A stretch of 64,000 nucleotides of DNA from an uncultured Chloroflexia bacterium. GTDB lineage: Bacteria > Chloroflexota > Limnocylindria > Limnocylindrales > CSP1-4. The DNA is taken from the NCBI GenBank assembly GCA_963763775.1, contig CAVXPZ010000002.1, positions 64,001-128,000 on the forward strand, read 5' to 3'. Shown here piece after piece: positions 19,998-30,900 of the stretch (position 1 is its first letter; each line of letters starts with the position of its first letter). The notes under the pieces are model-generated. The model ran no database searches. It was given only the letters and a program-made list of their open reading frames with translations, and was not told where the DNA came from. The position numbers were made by a program, and so were the translations under genes.

Positions 19998-21675
19998 CTA
20001 CTTCGACTTGCCGCCGCCGAAGAGCGTCCCGAACACGCCGCGGATGATGTCCTGACCGAGGCGCGAGGAGACCACCTTCCCCCCGGTGCGGATGGCCGTG
20101 TCGATGGTCTTCTGCTGGGCCTTCGCGGCCTCGCGCTGCGCCTTGACCTCGGCCTGCTGCTGGCGCGTGCGCCTCGCGGGCGGCCTTGGCCTGCGCGGCC
20201 TCGATGGCCTTCTGCTGGCGGGCCAGCTCGCGTTCCTGCTGCGCCGGGGTCATCGTGTTCATCCCGGCCGCCGTGGTCGGGTCCACGCCGGCTCGCACCG
20301 CCGCGTCCGTGGCGGCCTGTCTCGCGGCGGCGATCTTCGCCGTGATCCGCTCGTACGCACTGTCCCGGTCGATGGTCTGGCCGTATTTCGCCTGGAGCGG
20401 GCTCATCGCGATGTGGCCGCGGAAGACGACCTCCTCGACGGGCGCCATCAACGAGTCCGGCGGCAGCAGCCGGGTCGCCGCGAGCGGGGTCGGGACGCCC
20501 TTGGGCGAGAGGACCGTGACCAGCGCCTCGCCCGTCCCGAGCGAGGTGATCGTCTTCTCCACGTCGTAGAAGTCCGTCATCGGGAACGTGCGCGCGGTCT
20601 TGCGGAGCGCGTCGGCATCGACGGGGGTGAAGACGCGAAGCGCGTGCTGGATGCGGTTGCCCAGCTGGGCCAGGACCGGCGACGGCACGTCGGTGGGCGT
20701 CTGCGTGACGAAGTACACCCCCACGCCCTTCGAGCGGATGAGCCGAGCGGTCCGCTCGATCTGGTCGAGCAGCGCCTGCGACGCATCGTCGAAGAGCAGG
20801 TGCGCCTCGTCGAAGAAGAAGCACAGCTTGGGCTTCGGGAGGTCGCCTGCCTCGGGGAGGTTCTCGTACAGCTGCGCCAGCATCCACAGCATGAACGTGG
20901 AGAACAGCGCCGGCTTGTCCATGACGTCCGACAGCTCCAGGACGCTGATGATCCCGGCCCCTTCGGGCGTCGACCGCATCAGGTCCGCGACCTCGAACTC
21001 GGGCTCGCCGAAGAAGACGTCCGCGCCCTGCTGCTCCAGCACGACGATCGACCGCTGGAGCACGCCGACCGAGGCCGGCGACATCCCGCCGTAGTCGGCG
21101 AGGTTCGCCTTCCCGTCGTCCGACGCGAGGTACTTGAGGGTCGCGGTCAGGTCCTTGAGGTCGAGCAGCGGGAGGTCGTTGTCGTCGCAGTACTTGAAGA
21201 TCAGCGCGAGGATGCTGGTCTGCGTGTCGTTGAGCCCCAGGACCTTGCCGAGCAGCAGCGGTCCGAACGAGTGGACCGTGGCCCGCACCTGCGACCCGAG
21301 CTTGCCCGAGAGCGAGAGGAACTCGACCGGGTGTCCGGCGGCCTGGAAGGTCCATGCCATGGACGCCGCCCGCTCGACGACCTTCGGGTTCGCGGCATCC
21401 CCCGGCGCGGCCAGACCCGTCAGGTCGCCCTTGATATCGGCCACGAACACCGGCACGCCGGCCTGGGACAGCTGACCGGCGAGGAGCTGGAGCGTCTTGG
21501 TCTTGCCGGTCCCGGTCGCGCCGGCGATCAGGCCGTGGCGGTTCATCATCGAGAGCGCGACGGCCACGCGGGTGTCGTTGAACAACTCGCCGTCGCGCAT
21601 CGCGCTGCCGATGGTCAGGCTCGGTTCCGTGAGCGAGTAGCCGGCCGTCATGGCGTCGCGGAACGCCTGGTCCAT
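19998..21675 (-). CDS. HerA-like ATPase DUF853 (YjgR family); frameshift near 20170
   Basis: NRHGLIAGATGTGKT, FFDEAHLLF, RSKGVG, LGNRIQHALR. C-terminal ...IIRGVFGTLFGGGKSK* lies in a shifted frame. Confidence 0.92.
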
Positions 21676-21775
21676 GGGTCCCTCCGGGAGCGCGAACGGG
21701 TCGTTCAGGGGAGGTCGCAAGCGTATCATCGGGCCGAACGCGTGCCATGTCGGTGACGGTCAGGGAGGACGGACG

Positions 21776-22183
21776 TTGGGAAGCATCGATGATGTCGAGG
21801 GCATCGGCCCCACGTATGCCGGGAAGCTCGCCGCGGCGGGAGTGAAGACCACGGACGACCTGCTCGCCGCCGGCGCCAAGCCGTCGGGCCGCACCTCGCT
21901 CGCAGGATCCACGGGCATCGACCAGGCGCTCATCCTCGAGTGGGTGAACCACGCCGACCTCATGCGTATCAAGGGCGTCGGCTCGGAGTACTCCGACCTG
22001 CTCGAGGCCGCCGGCGTCGACTCACCGGCCGAGCTCGCGCAGCGCAATGCCGCGAACCTGGCGATCACGTTCCAGGAGGTCGTCGCCGCCCGACCGGGCA
22101 TCGTCCGACGCGTCCCGAGCGAGAGCGAGGTCGCCGGCTGGATCGATCAGTCGAAGGGCCTCGACAAGGTCGTCGAGCACTGA
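21776..22183 (+). CDS. DUF4332 helix-hairpin-helix protein
   Basis: VEGIGP, WVNHADLMRIKGVG, LLEAAGVD, ELAQRNA. RBS GGAGG precedes TTG. Confidence 0.88.
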   Translation: MGSIDDVEGIGPTYAGKLAAAGVKTTDDLLAAGAKPSGRTSLAGSTGIDQALILEWVNHADLMRIKGVGSEYSDLLEAAGVDSPAELAQRNAANLAITFQEVVAARPGIVRRVPSESEVAGWIDQSKGLDKVVEH

Positions 22184-22208
22184 TCGCTCGGCACGGGAGG
22201 TCCTGCCG

Positions 22209-22580
22209 ATGGGTGGGTTCCGCGAGTTCCTGACCAAGAGCAACGCCCTGGCCCTGGCCATCGGCGTGATCATCGGCGCGGCGCTCGGCAGCGTGGTCAA
22301 CACGCTCGTCAACAGCGTGATCATGCCGCCGATCGGCTACGTGCTGGGCGGCGTGGACTTCGCCTCCATGAAGACGGTCCTCGGGCACGACAGCAAGGGC
22401 GCCGAGATCTCGATCGGCTGGGGACTGCTGATCAACTCACTGATCGTCTTCGTCATCGTGATGCTGGTCGCGTACGTGCTCAGCAAGATGTTCATCAAGG
22501 AGGGCCCTCCGCCCGGTCCGTCCCCGGAGGAGACCCTGCTGACCGAGATCCGCGACGAGTTGCGCAAGCGACCCGCCTGA
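22209..22580 (+). CDS. mscL: Large-conductance mechanosensitive channel
   Basis: FREFL..NALALAIGVIIGAA, IMPPIG, LLTEIRDEL. Confidence 0.92.
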   Translation: MGGFREFLTKSNALALAIGVIIGAALGSVVNTLVNSVIMPPIGYVLGGVDFASMKTVLGHDSKGAEISIGWGLLINSLIVFVIVMLVAYVLSKMFIKEGPPPGPSPEETLLTEIRDELRKRPA

Positions 22581-22608
22581 CCGGCCCGACGAACCCGATC
22601 GCGCGACC

Positions 22609-22634
22609 ATGGCCCGCCGGCGACGGCGGGCCAT
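22609..22634. terminator. GC hairpin between convergent genes
   Basis: ATGGCCCGCCG-GCGA-CGGCGGGCCAT is an 11-bp perfect stem with a GNRA loop. Confidence 0.7.
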
Positions 22635-22640
22635 CGCGAT

Positions 22641-23327
22641 TCAGGGCGGCGCGCCACGCCTCGGGATCTCGACTCGGGCAAGGAGGGTGGTCCGCCGGTC
22701 CGACATCGTCCGATTGGTCGAGACGAGCTCGACGGCCTCCGGGCTGAACCCGGCATGACGGACGCGCCGGACCCGCTGGACGGCGTCGAAGAGCTCGCGG
22801 GACGGGGGCCGCGTGAACCGGATGAGGTTCGCCCAGAGCAGACGGCCGGCGACGATGCCGCCGATCCCGCCGCGGCCGGCGACCGCCCATCGACGCGCAA
22901 GTTCTCGCCGGGCACCCCGGAGATCGAGGTCGACCTCGTCGAGTGCCGCGAAGACCGAGGTATCACCCACCCCGATCCGGACCACCTTCAGGGACCCGCC
23001 GACGAGCCTCGGCGCGACCGCCAGCAGGTCCGAGATCGCCACGGCCGTCGTCTGCCCGTCGGGTACGTGGATGGGACCACAGACCGTGACGTGGATCGTC
23101 CGAGCCGGGCACACGTACTGTCCGGGCTGCGCCTGGGCGATCGTCTCGGCCACCGCCTCGAGCCGGGTCGCAAGGCCTGCCGGCAACCGGATGACGCTCG
23201 TGGCGAACGAGGCCGGCGCGTCCGGGTCGGCACCGTCCGGGTCCAGGCGATCTCGCCGGAGGCCGAGGCCGGTGCGTCGACGCACCATCCAGTCGGCATC
23301 GATGACGGCGGTCGTCAGCGACGTCAC
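22641..23327 (-). CDS. 2H-phosphoesterase (2'-5' RNA ligase)-like protein, second motif degenerate
   Basis: QPGQY..P..IHVTV first HxT motif; LLWANLIRF sits at the second motif position; VELV follows. Confidence 0.55.
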   Translation of the reverse strand: MTSLTTAVIDADWMVRRRTGLGLRRDRLDPDGADPDAPASFATSVIRLPAGLATRLEAVAETIAQAQPGQYVCPARTIHVTVCGPIHVPDGQTTAVAISDLLAVAPRLVGGSLKVVRIGVGDTSVFAALDEVDLDLRGARRELARRWAVAGRGGIGGIVAGRLLWANLIRFTRPPSRELFDAVQRVRRVRHAGFSPEAVELVSTNRTMSDRRTTLLARVEIPRRGAPP

Positions 23328-23340
23328 GCGGGTCGGCGAC

Positions 23341-24186
23341 TCACGCGTCCCGCGCGCAGGGGTACGAGCCGAGGACCCGCCACATCGTCGTGACGGCCCC
23401 GAGGTCCTCGAGCGCCGCCGCTGTCTCCGGCCGCGCGACGTCCGCATCGAGGTCCACCCAGAACACGTACTCCCAGGCTCGCTCGCGGCTGGGCCGCGAC
23501 TCGAGCTTGTGCATGTTCAGCTCGTGGGCGGCGAAGACTCGCAGGACCGCGAGGAGCGTTCCCGGCTCGTTGCGGACCGCGACCACGAGGGTCGTCCGGT
23601 GCGCCGGTCCGGCGCCGATGACGGACGGTGGCGGTTCCCCGGCTCGGGCGAGGACCACGAAGCGGGTCCGGTTGCCCGGCAGGTCGCCGATCCCGTCGGC
23701 GAGCACCTCGAGACCGAAGAGGCCGGCCGCGCGGGGCGAGAGCACCGCCGCCGCGCCGCGCTCACCGCGATCCGCGATGGACTTGCCCGCACCGGCGGTG
23801 TTGTAGGTCGACAGCAGTTGCCACGGTCGCGACCGCAGGAACGTCTCGGCCTGGCCAAGGGCCTGGATGTGCGAGTAGACCCGCTCGACATCCTCGATGC
23901 GCTGGCCTGGCAGCGCCGCCAGGCACAGGCTCACCGGGACCACGACCTCGCCGACGATGATCAGCTCGTACTCGATCAACAGGTCGTAGTTCTCGCGGAC
24001 CGTCCCGTTGATGACGTTCTCGATCGGCACGACACCCGTCGCGGCCTCGCCGCTCGCCACGGCGTCGAACACGGCCCTGAAGCTGCCCAGCGGCGTCCGC
24101 GGCACGTCCCCGAAGGCCGCCAGCACGGCATCCTCGGCAAAGGCGCCGGGTTCCCCGGCGTAGGCCACGATCGTCGGTTCGCGCAT
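23341..24186 (-). CDS. pheA: Prephenate dehydratase
   Basis: GEPGAF, PIEN..G, SHIQALGQ, NRTRF, and ACT domain NEPGTL...KLESRP...YVFWVD. Confidence 0.93.
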   Translation of the reverse strand: MREPTIVAYAGEPGAFAEDAVLAAFGDVPRTPLGSFRAVFDAVASGEAATGVVPIENVINGTVRENYDLLIEYELIIVGEVVVPVSLCLAALPGQRIEDVERVYSHIQALGQAETFLRSRPWQLLSTYNTAGAGKSIADRGERGAAAVLSPRAAGLFGLEVLADGIGDLPGNRTRFVVLARAGEPPPSVIGAGPAHRTTLVVAVRNEPGTLLAVLRVFAAHELNMHKLESRPSRERAWEYVFWVDLDADVARPETAAALEDLGAVTTMWRVLGSYPCARDA

Positions 24187-24236
24187 CGTGCCGATGAGTC
24201 TATCCGGGCGGGACCGCGGGTCGGCCCCGAGGACCG

Positions 24237-24782
24237 CTAGCGCTCGAACCAGGCCGTGGTGTCGTGCTGGCCTTCGTCCTCGTCGATGGCGGCGCGCCGT
24301 TCCCGCGCGACGCCGGCCGGGACCGGTGACCCCGGCCGCGCCTCCGAGCCCGTGGCGGCCGCGGCTTCCGGGGCGCCGGCCCACTGCGTCTCGGCGAGCA
24401 TCGCGTTGAGGGCGTTGAGGTAGGCCTCGACGGACGCGGCGATGATGTTGTCGCTCCTGGCCTCGCCCGTGTACTCGCCCGCGCCGCGGGCCCCGCCGAC
24501 GTCCGGCGGTGCGACACGGACGGTCACGGCGCCTTCCGTGTCGGTCCCCTCGCCGAGCGCATGGATGTCGTAGGCGAGCAATCGCGGGTGGCCGGCCAGG
24601 ATCTCCGACAGCGCCCGGTCGACCGCGAGGTAGAGCGCGTCGATGGCCCCGGTCCCGTCGGCCGAGGCCCGCCACTGGTGGTCGCCGGCCTCGATGACCA
24701 CGGCGCCGCGGCTGCGGGCGTTGCTGCCGGACGTGACCGTCCAGCGAGTCAGACGGATCGTGGGGGACGAGTCGTCGGGCAT
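24237..24782 (-). CDS. Stand-alone LeuA/CimA allosteric (regulatory) domain protein
   Basis: GTGAIDALYLAVDRAL...LLAYDIHALGEGTD...NIIAASVEAYLNALN aligns with the LeuA C-terminus in this window. Own RBS GGAGG. Confidence 0.85.
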   Translation of the reverse strand: MPDDSSPTIRLTRWTVTSGSNARSRGAVVIEAGDHQWRASADGTGAIDALYLAVDRALSEILAGHPRLLAYDIHALGEGTDTEGAVTVRVAPPDVGGARGAGEYTGEARSDNIIAASVEAYLNALNAMLAETQWAGAPEAAAATGSEARPGSPVPAGVARERRAAIDEDEGQHDTTAWFER

Positions 24783-24787
24783 CCGGG

Positions 24788-26476
24788 CTACCTCCGAGGC
24801 GTCGCGGTCGGGTGGACGGCCGCGGACCGCGGTTCCGACGGCCGCGCGGTGGTGAAGTGGCGCTCGTCGCGCCGCCGAAGCTCGGCTCCGGACTTCCAGA
24901 TGGCGTACTCGATCGAGTCCGCGAGCGCCGCGGCCGAGGCCGCGATGATGTTCGTGTCGCTGCCCATCGTCGACCAGGTCCGGGCACCGTCCTGCGAGTC
25001 GATGATCACCCGGGTGCGGGCGGCCGTCGCGGCGCCGCCATCGATGATGCGGACCTTGTAGTCGACAAGGTGGACGTCGTCGAGGCCGGGGTAGAACGCC
25101 CCCAGCGCCTTGCGCAGGGCGGCGTCCAGGGCGTTGACCGGGCCGTTCCCGTCGGCGGCGGTGTGCAGGACCTCGCCGTCGACCTCGACCTTGACGGTCG
25201 CCTCCGCGAGGAGCTCGCGGCCATCCCGCTGCTCGACGAGACACGTGTAGTCGACGATCCGGAACGGCGCGGCGTAGTCGGTCGCGTGGCGGCGGATGAG
25301 CAGCTCGAACGAGGCCTCGGCGCCCTCGAAGGCGAGCCCTTCCGACTCGAGCTGCTTGATGAGCGTCGAGAGCTCGCGCGGGTCCACGACGCCCTCGAGC
25401 TCGTGGCCGAGCTGCTGCGCCCGGATCGAGGTGTTGGCCCGCCCGCCGAGCTCCGACACGACCAGGCGGCCGGCATTCCCGACCGAGCCCGGATCGACGT
25501 GCTGGTAGCTCCGCTCGACCTTCGCCACGGCCGCGCCGTGCACGCCGCCCTTGTGCGCGAAGGCGGACCGCCCGACGTACGGCTGGTAATCGGAAGGATT
25601 GACGTTCGCGATCTCCGCGACCGAGCGCGAGAGGTCCGTCAGACCGGCAAGGTCGCCACCGCCCGCCGGCACGAGACCGTGGCTCGTCTTGAGCGCGAGG
25701 TTCGCGAGGATGCTGACCATGTTCGCGTTCCCGCAGCGCTCACCGTAGCCGTTGATCGTGGCCTGGACGTGCCGGATCCCGGACGCCACGGCGGCCATCG
25801 AGTTCGCGACCGCCAGCTCCGCGTCGTTATGCGTGTGGATGCCCCAGGTCACGGTCGGGGCGTCCGGCTCCCCCTCCAGGGTGCCGCGGACGTCGCCGAT
25901 GATCGCCACGAGCTCGTCGGTCAACGTGCCGCCGTTCGTGTCGCACAGGACGAGCGTCCTGGCCCCGGCCTGGCGGGCCATCCGCAGGGTCGAGAGGGCG
26001 TACTCGCGGTCCGCCTTGTAGCCGTCGAAGAAGTGCTCGGCGTCGTAGACGGCCTCGCGCCCCCGGTCCACGACGAAGCCGACCGAGTCCGCGATCATGT
26101 CGAGGTTCTCCGTCGGCGTCGCGCCGAGGACCTCGATGACGTGCAGCAGCCACGACTTCCCGAAGATCGTGACGACCGGCGTCTCGGCCGCGACGAGCTC
26201 GCGCAGGTTCGGGTCGTCCGCCGGGGCGTTGGCGCGGTGCCGCGTGGACCCGAAGGCCGCGAGCTTGGCGCGCTCCCAGCGCATCGTCCGGGCCGCCGCG
26301 AAGAACTCGATGTCCTTGGGGTTCGAGCCGGGCCAGCCGCCCTCGATGAACGGCATCCCGAACTCGTCGAGCATGCGGGCCACGCGCAGCTTGTCGGCGA
26401 GCGAGAGCGTGATGTTCTCGCCCTGCGTGCCGTCGCGCAGCGTCGTGTCGTAGAGGATGACCGGCTGGTCGCTCAT
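24788..26476 (-). CDS. cimA: Citramalate synthase
   Basis: YDTTLRDGTQGE, EGGWPGSNPKD, FGKSW, DAEHFFDG, LCDTNGG, AFAHKGG. Confidence 0.93.
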   Translation of the reverse strand: MSDQPVILYDTTLRDGTQGENITLSLADKLRVARMLDEFGMPFIEGGWPGSNPKDIEFFAAARTMRWERAKLAAFGSTRHRANAPADDPNLRELVAAETPVVTIFGKSWLLHVIEVLGATPTENLDMIADSVGFVVDRGREAVYDAEHFFDGYKADREYALSTLRMARQAGARTLVLCDTNGGTLTDELVAIIGDVRGTLEGEPDAPTVTWGIHTHNDAELAVANSMAAVASGIRHVQATINGYGERCGNANMVSILANLALKTSHGLVPAGGGDLAGLTDLSRSVAEIANVNPSDYQPYVGRSAFAHKGGVHGAAVAKVERSYQHVDPGSVGNAGRLVVSELGGRANTSIRAQQLGHELEGVVDPRELSTLIKQLESEGLAFEGAEASFELLIRRHATDYAAPFRIVDYTCLVEQRDGRELLAEATVKVEVDGEVLHTAADGNGPVNALDAALRKALGAFYPGLDDVHLVDYKVRIIDGGAATAARTRVIIDSQDGARTWSTMGSDTNIIAASAAALADSIEYAIWKSGAELRRRDERHFTTARPSEPRSAAVHPTATPRR

Positions 26477-27603
26477 GCCGGCACCGCGGCGCCGAGGGCC
26501 TCGACGACCGCGGTCGCGAAGGCCGTCGTCCCGACGACGACGAACCCGTCCTGGAGGTTCGCCGGATCCGCCAGGTCGCCCGTCCGCCAGCCGGCATCGA
26601 GCGCGCCCGCCACGGCCGCTTCGACGGCCGACGCCGCGTCGTCGCGGCCGAGCGACATCCGCAGCAGCATCGCGGCCGACAGGATGGTGCCGATGGGATT
26701 GGCCTTGTCCTGCCCGGCGATATCCGGCGCGGATCCGTGGATCGGCTCGTAGAGGCCGAACGTGCCGTGGGCCGTCCGACGCGTGCCGAGCGACGCGGAC
26801 GGGAGCATCCCGAGGCTGCCGGCGAGGACCGCCGCCTCGTCGGAGAGGATGTCCCCGAACAGGTTCTCGGTCACGATCACGTCGAAGTCCGAGGGATGCC
26901 GCACGAGCAGCATCGCGCACGAATCCACGAGCTGGTGGTTGAGCGTGACGGCCGGGAAGTCGGCCGCGACCTCGTCGGCGATGGTCCGCCACAGCCGTGA
27001 GGTCGCCAGGACGTTCGCCTTGTCCACCGACGTGACGCGCCCTCGACGGGCGGACGCCAGCTCGAAGGCGAGCTTGACGATCCGGCGCACCTCGGCCTCG
27101 GCGTACGGCAGGGTGTCGAGCGCCGAACGCTCCCCCACCGGGCCGGACGCCTCGCGCCGTTCGCCGAAGTAGATCCCGCCGGTCAGCTCGCGGACGATGA
27201 GCAGGTCGACGCCGTCGAGCAGCTCGGGCCGGAGGGGCGACGAGGCCACCAGCGCCGGGTGGACGCTGACCGGTCGCAGGTTGGCGTACAGGCCGAGCCC
27301 GCCGCGGAGCGCGAACAGCGCCTGCTCGGGGCGGACGGCCGCACCCGGGTCGGACCACTTCGGGCCGCCGACGGCGCCCAGGAGGATCGCGTCGGCCTCG
27401 CCGCACGCGGTCACGTCCTCGGGGCGGATCGCGACGCCGTACGCGTCGATCGCGATGCCCCCGACGAGGTACTCCGGCCAGGAGACGTGGAACCCGAAGG
27501 CCGCGCCCGCCGCGTCGACGACCCGCCGCGCGGCATCCACCACCTCGGGGCCGACACCGTCGCCCGGGATGACGGCGACGCGGTAGGTCCGGCTCGCGGT
27601 CAC
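26473..27603 (-). CDS. leuB: 3-isopropylmalate dehydrogenase
   Basis: PGDGVGPE, GAVGGPKW, RELTGGIYFG, DKANVL, NLFGDILSD, EPIHGSAPDIAG. Confidence 0.95.
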   Translation of the reverse strand: MTASRTYRVAVIPGDGVGPEVVDAARRVVDAAGAAFGFHVSWPEYLVGGIAIDAYGVAIRPEDVTACGEADAILLGAVGGPKWSDPGAAVRPEQALFALRGGLGLYANLRPVSVHPALVASSPLRPELLDGVDLLIVRELTGGIYFGERREASGPVGERSALDTLPYAEAEVRRIVKLAFELASARRGRVTSVDKANVLATSRLWRTIADEVAADFPAVTLNHQLVDSCAMLLVRHPSDFDVIVTENLFGDILSDEAAVLAGSLGMLPSASLGTRRTAHGTFGLYEPIHGSAPDIAGQDKANPIGTILSAAMLLRMSLGRDDAASAVEAAVAGALDAGWRTGDLADPANLQDGFVVVGTTAFATAVVEALGAAVPA

Positions 27604-29240
27604 GGCAGCCCCTCTTCGCTGCGCGGGGCCACGAACGCGACCTTGACGCCGTTGATCTCGGCGCCGTGGAGCTTGTTGACCGCCACGAGATAGGCGTCGA
27701 GCGACGCCTCGATGATGTTCGTGGATAACCCGTGCCCGGACACGACGAGCGCGCCCGGACCCTCGTCCGAGGACCGCCGGCAGCGCACGAGCACCTGGCC
27801 CTGGGCATCCTCGCCGGCCGACACGGCCTTGATCTCGTACTCGGCAAGCGTCGGGTGCCAGCCGAGGATCGGCTGGAGGGCCTCGTCGACCGCGCCGAAG
27901 AGCGCGTTGACCGGTCCGTTCCCGGTGGTCTCGGCCGTCCGCTCGGCGCCTTCGACGGTGAGGGTGACCGTGCCGGTGGCGTTCCCGCCATGCGACGATG
28001 TCACGCTCCAGCCCACGAGCGCGACACTCGCGGGGACTTCGGCCGCCCGCTGCTCCATGAGGGCCATGAGGTCGGCGTCGGTGACTTCCTTCTTCGCGTC
28101 GGCGAGGGCCACGGCCTGGCGATACATCTCGTCGAGGGCCTCGCCCTCGAGCTCGTAGCCGAGCTCCTTGAGCTTGCCCTGAAGGCCACGCCGCCCCGAC
28201 AGCTTGCCGATCGTCAGCTGGCTGCCCGAGAGCCCGACCGACTGCGGGGTCATGATCTCGTAGGTCAGCGGGTTCTTGATGACGCCGTCCTGGTGGATCC
28301 CCGACTCGTGCGCGAACGCGTTGCTGCCGACGATCGCCTTGTTCGGCTGGACCGTGAACCCGGTCAGGTAGCTCACGAGGCGACTCGCCGCGGTGATCTG
28401 CTCGGTCGCGATCCCGGAACCGCCTTGCTCGAACTGCGTCGGGCGGGTCCGGAGCGCCATGACCACTTCCTCGAGGGACGCGTTCCCGGCTCGCTCGCCG
28501 AGGCCGTTGATGGTCACCTCGACCTGGCGCGCACCCGCCTGGACCGCCGCGAGCGTGTTGGCCGTCGCGAGACCCAGGTCGTTGTGGCAATGCACGCTGA
28601 CGGTCGCCTGGTCGCCCACGAGGTCGACGACCCGCTTGGTGAGCGTCCCGAACTCGGCGGGGATGGCATACCCGACCGTGTCGGGGATGTTCACGGTGGA
28701 CGCCCCGGCCTCCACGACGGCCTCGTAGATCTGCAGCAGGTAGTCGATGTCGGTGCGCGAGGCGTCCTCGGCGCTGAACTCGATCTCGGCGTCGCGGCCC
28801 AACTGCTCGCGGCCGTAGCGCACCCAGCGGACGGCCTCGGCGAGGGCCGTCTCGCGGTCGATGCGGAGCTTGTGCTTGAGGTGGATGTCGGACGTCGCGA
28901 TGAAGACGTGGAGGTGCGGACGCTCCGCGACCTTGATGGCCTCGATCGCGCGCTGCGGGTCGCCGTCCTTGCAGCGGGCGAGTGCCGCGACGGCGATCCC
29001 GCCCCGTGTCTCCTGGGCGATCCGCCGGACCGCCTCGAAGTCGCCGGGCGAGGCGGCCGGGAACCCGGCCTCGATGACGTCGACCTTCAGCCGCACGAGC
29101 TGGCGGGCGACCTCGAGCTTCTCGGCCGCGGTCAGCCCGGCGCCGGGCGCCTGCTCCCCGTCGCGCAGGGTGGTATCGAAGATGCGGATGCTTCCCGCGG
29201 GCACGAACGGTCCCGCGGGCCGGGGTACGGCGGCGCTCAT
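27600..29240 (-). CDS. leuA: 2-isopropylmalate synthase
   Basis: [45 protein letters not shown]. Confidence 0.95.
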   Translation of the reverse strand: MSAAVPRPAGPFVPAGSIRIFDTTLRDGEQAPGAGLTAAEKLEVARQLVRLKVDVIEAGFPAASPGDFEAVRRIAQETRGGIAVAALARCKDGDPQRAIEAIKVAERPHLHVFIATSDIHLKHKLRIDRETALAEAVRWVRYGREQLGRDAEIEFSAEDASRTDIDYLLQIYEAVVEAGASTVNIPDTVGYAIPAEFGTLTKRVVDLVGDQATVSVHCHNDLGLATANTLAAVQAGARQVEVTINGLGERAGNASLEEVVMALRTRPTQFEQGGSGIATEQITAASRLVSYLTGFTVQPNKAIVGSNAFAHESGIHQDGVIKNPLTYEIMTPQSVGLSGSQLTIGKLSGRRGLQGKLKELGYELEGEALDEMYRQAVALADAKKEVTDADLMALMEQRAAEVPASVALVGWSVTSSHGGNATGTVTLTVEGAERTAETTGNGPVNALFGAVDEALQPILGWHPTLAEYEIKAVSAGEDAQGQVLVRCRRSSDEGPGALVVSGHGLSTNIIEASLDAYLVAVNKLHGAEINGVKVAFVAPRSEEGLP

Positions 29241-30289
29241 CGCGACGCGCCGGGCGTCGTGGCGGCGGCCTGGGCCTGACCGGCCTGGACCTCGACCGGA
29301 TCGAGGAACGGCATCTGGCCGCGGAGGCGTCCGCCGACGCGCTCGATGAGGTGGTCGTGGTCCGCCTGACGCAGCCGTTCGAATTCCGCGCGACCCGACT
29401 CGTTCTCGGCGATCCAGCGATCGGCGAACGTCCCGTCCTGGATCTCGCGGAGGACCTGCTGCATCGTCTCGCGGACGTGGCCGTCGATGATCCGGGGCCC
29501 GCTGACGTAGTCGCCGTACTCCGCGGTATCGCTGACGCTGAAGCGCATGAAGTTGAGCCCGCCGCGGTACATCAGATCGACGATGAGCTTGAGCTCGTGC
29601 ATCGTCTCGAAGTACGCGAGCTCCGGCTGGTAGCCGGCCTCGACGAGCGTCTCGAACGCCATCTTCACGAGGGCCGCCGTGCCGCCGCACAGGACCGCCT
29701 GCTCGCCGAACAGGTCGGTCTCGGTCTCCTCGGCGAACGTGGTCTCGAGGACGCCGGCGCGCGTGGACCCGATCGCCCGCGCATAGGCCAGGGTCCGTGC
29801 CCGGGCCGTGCCCGACGCGTCGTTCTGGACCGCGAACAGTGCCGGGACGCCGCCGCCGGCCCGGTACACGCTGCGGAGCAGGTGCCCAGGGCCCTTGGGG
29901 GCCACCATGCCGACGTCGACGATGGCCGGCGGATCGATGCGCCCGAACCGGATGTTGAACCCGTGGGCGAACATGAGGAGCTGTCCCGGTCGCAGGCTCG
30001 GCGCGATCTCCTCGTCGTAGACCGCCTTCTGGGCGGTGTCGGGGACGAGGATCATGATCACGTCCGCCGCCTTCACCGCGTCCGCGACGTCCATGACCTT
30101 CAGGCCGGCGTCGGCGGCCAGGGCCCGGCTCTTCGACCCGGATGCGAGCCCGACGACGACGTCGACACCGGACTCGTGCAGGTTCAGCGCGTGCGCGTGG
30201 CCCTGCGACCCATAGCCGATGATCGCGACCGTCTGGCCGGCGAGCGCCGACGGGTCCGCGTCATCGTCGTAGTACATCGTGGCGGTCAT
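29237..30289 (-). CDS. ilvC: Ketol-acid reductoisomerase
   Basis: [38 protein letters not shown]. Confidence 0.96.
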   Translation of the reverse strand: MTATMYYDDDADPSALAGQTVAIIGYGSQGHAHALNLHESGVDVVVGLASGSKSRALAADAGLKVMDVADAVKAADVIMILVPDTAQKAVYDEEIAPSLRPGQLLMFAHGFNIRFGRIDPPAIVDVGMVAPKGPGHLLRSVYRAGGGVPALFAVQNDASGTARARTLAYARAIGSTRAGVLETTFAEETETDLFGEQAVLCGGTAALVKMAFETLVEAGYQPELAYFETMHELKLIVDLMYRGGLNFMRFSVSDTAEYGDYVSGPRIIDGHVRETMQQVLREIQDGTFADRWIAENESGRAEFERLRQADHDHLIERVGGRLRGQMPFLDPVEVQAGQAQAAATTPGASR

Positions 30290-30900
30290 CGCTTGAGTGC
30301 CTCCTCGATCGATCCCGAACCCCGGGCCATGACGACCGCGCCGGTACGGACGGATTCCTTGATGCCATACGTGCGGACCAGCGAGATGAACGTGTCGATC
30401 TCACCCTCCGAGCCGGTGACCTCGACGACCACCGAGCCGTCGGCCACGTCGAGGACACGCCCGCGCGACAGTTCGACGAGCCGGAGCACCTCGGCCCGGT
30501 TCGACTCGGTCGCGCGGATCTTCACGAGCGCGAGCTCGTGCTCGACGGTGGGCTCCGAGGTGACGTCCTGCACCTTGAGGACGTCGATCAGCCGGTAGAG
30601 CTGCTTGGCGGCCTGCTCGACGGCCACGTCATCGCCATGGAGCGTGATCGTCATGCGGCTCACATCGGGCTGGTCGGTATGGCTGACGGCCAGCGAGTCG
30701 ATGTTGAAGTTGCGGGCGCGCATGAGGCTCGCGACGCGGTTGAGCACGCCGGGCTTGTTCAACACGATGGCGATCAGCACGTGCCGGCGGTGCTCGCCGC
30801 CGCCCGGCAGGGCCCGCGGCGGCGGTGCGGCGTGGGCTGGGCCAGCCGTGCCGGCCTCGGTGCCGGGCAGCTGCCCGTTCGAGTTCGCGTCGGCGGTCAT
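30286..30900 (-). CDS. ilvN: Acetolactate synthase small subunit
   Basis: [38 protein letters not shown]. Confidence 0.93.
   Translation of the reverse strand: MTADANSNGQLPGTEAGTAGPAHAAPPPRALPGGGEHRRHVLIAIVLNKPGVLNRVASLMRARNFNIDSLAVSHTDQPDVSRMTITLHGDDVAVEQAAKQLYRLIDVLKVQDVTSEPTVEHELALVKIRATESNRAEVLRLVELSRGRVLDVADGSVVVEVTGSEGEIDTFISLVRTYGIKESVRTGAVVMARGSGSIEEALKR

Noticed and set aside
15607-20055. 1482-aa plus-strand ORF and many other long Arg/Pro/Gly-rich ORFs
   Set aside because: These are antisense or off-frame shadows typical of high-GC DNA. Only the ppk2 part is real.
18967-21675. HerA-like ATPase plus kinase as an antiphage or resistance module
   Set aside because: DUF853 is a widespread housekeeping-context family, with no nuclease/SIR2 partner or mobility signal here. 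An APH fold alone does not imply resistance.
18967-21729. Apparent DUF853-phosphotransferase fusion (920-aa ORF)
   Set aside because: The DUF853 C-terminus and stop (19998) are in another frame after a shift near 20170.
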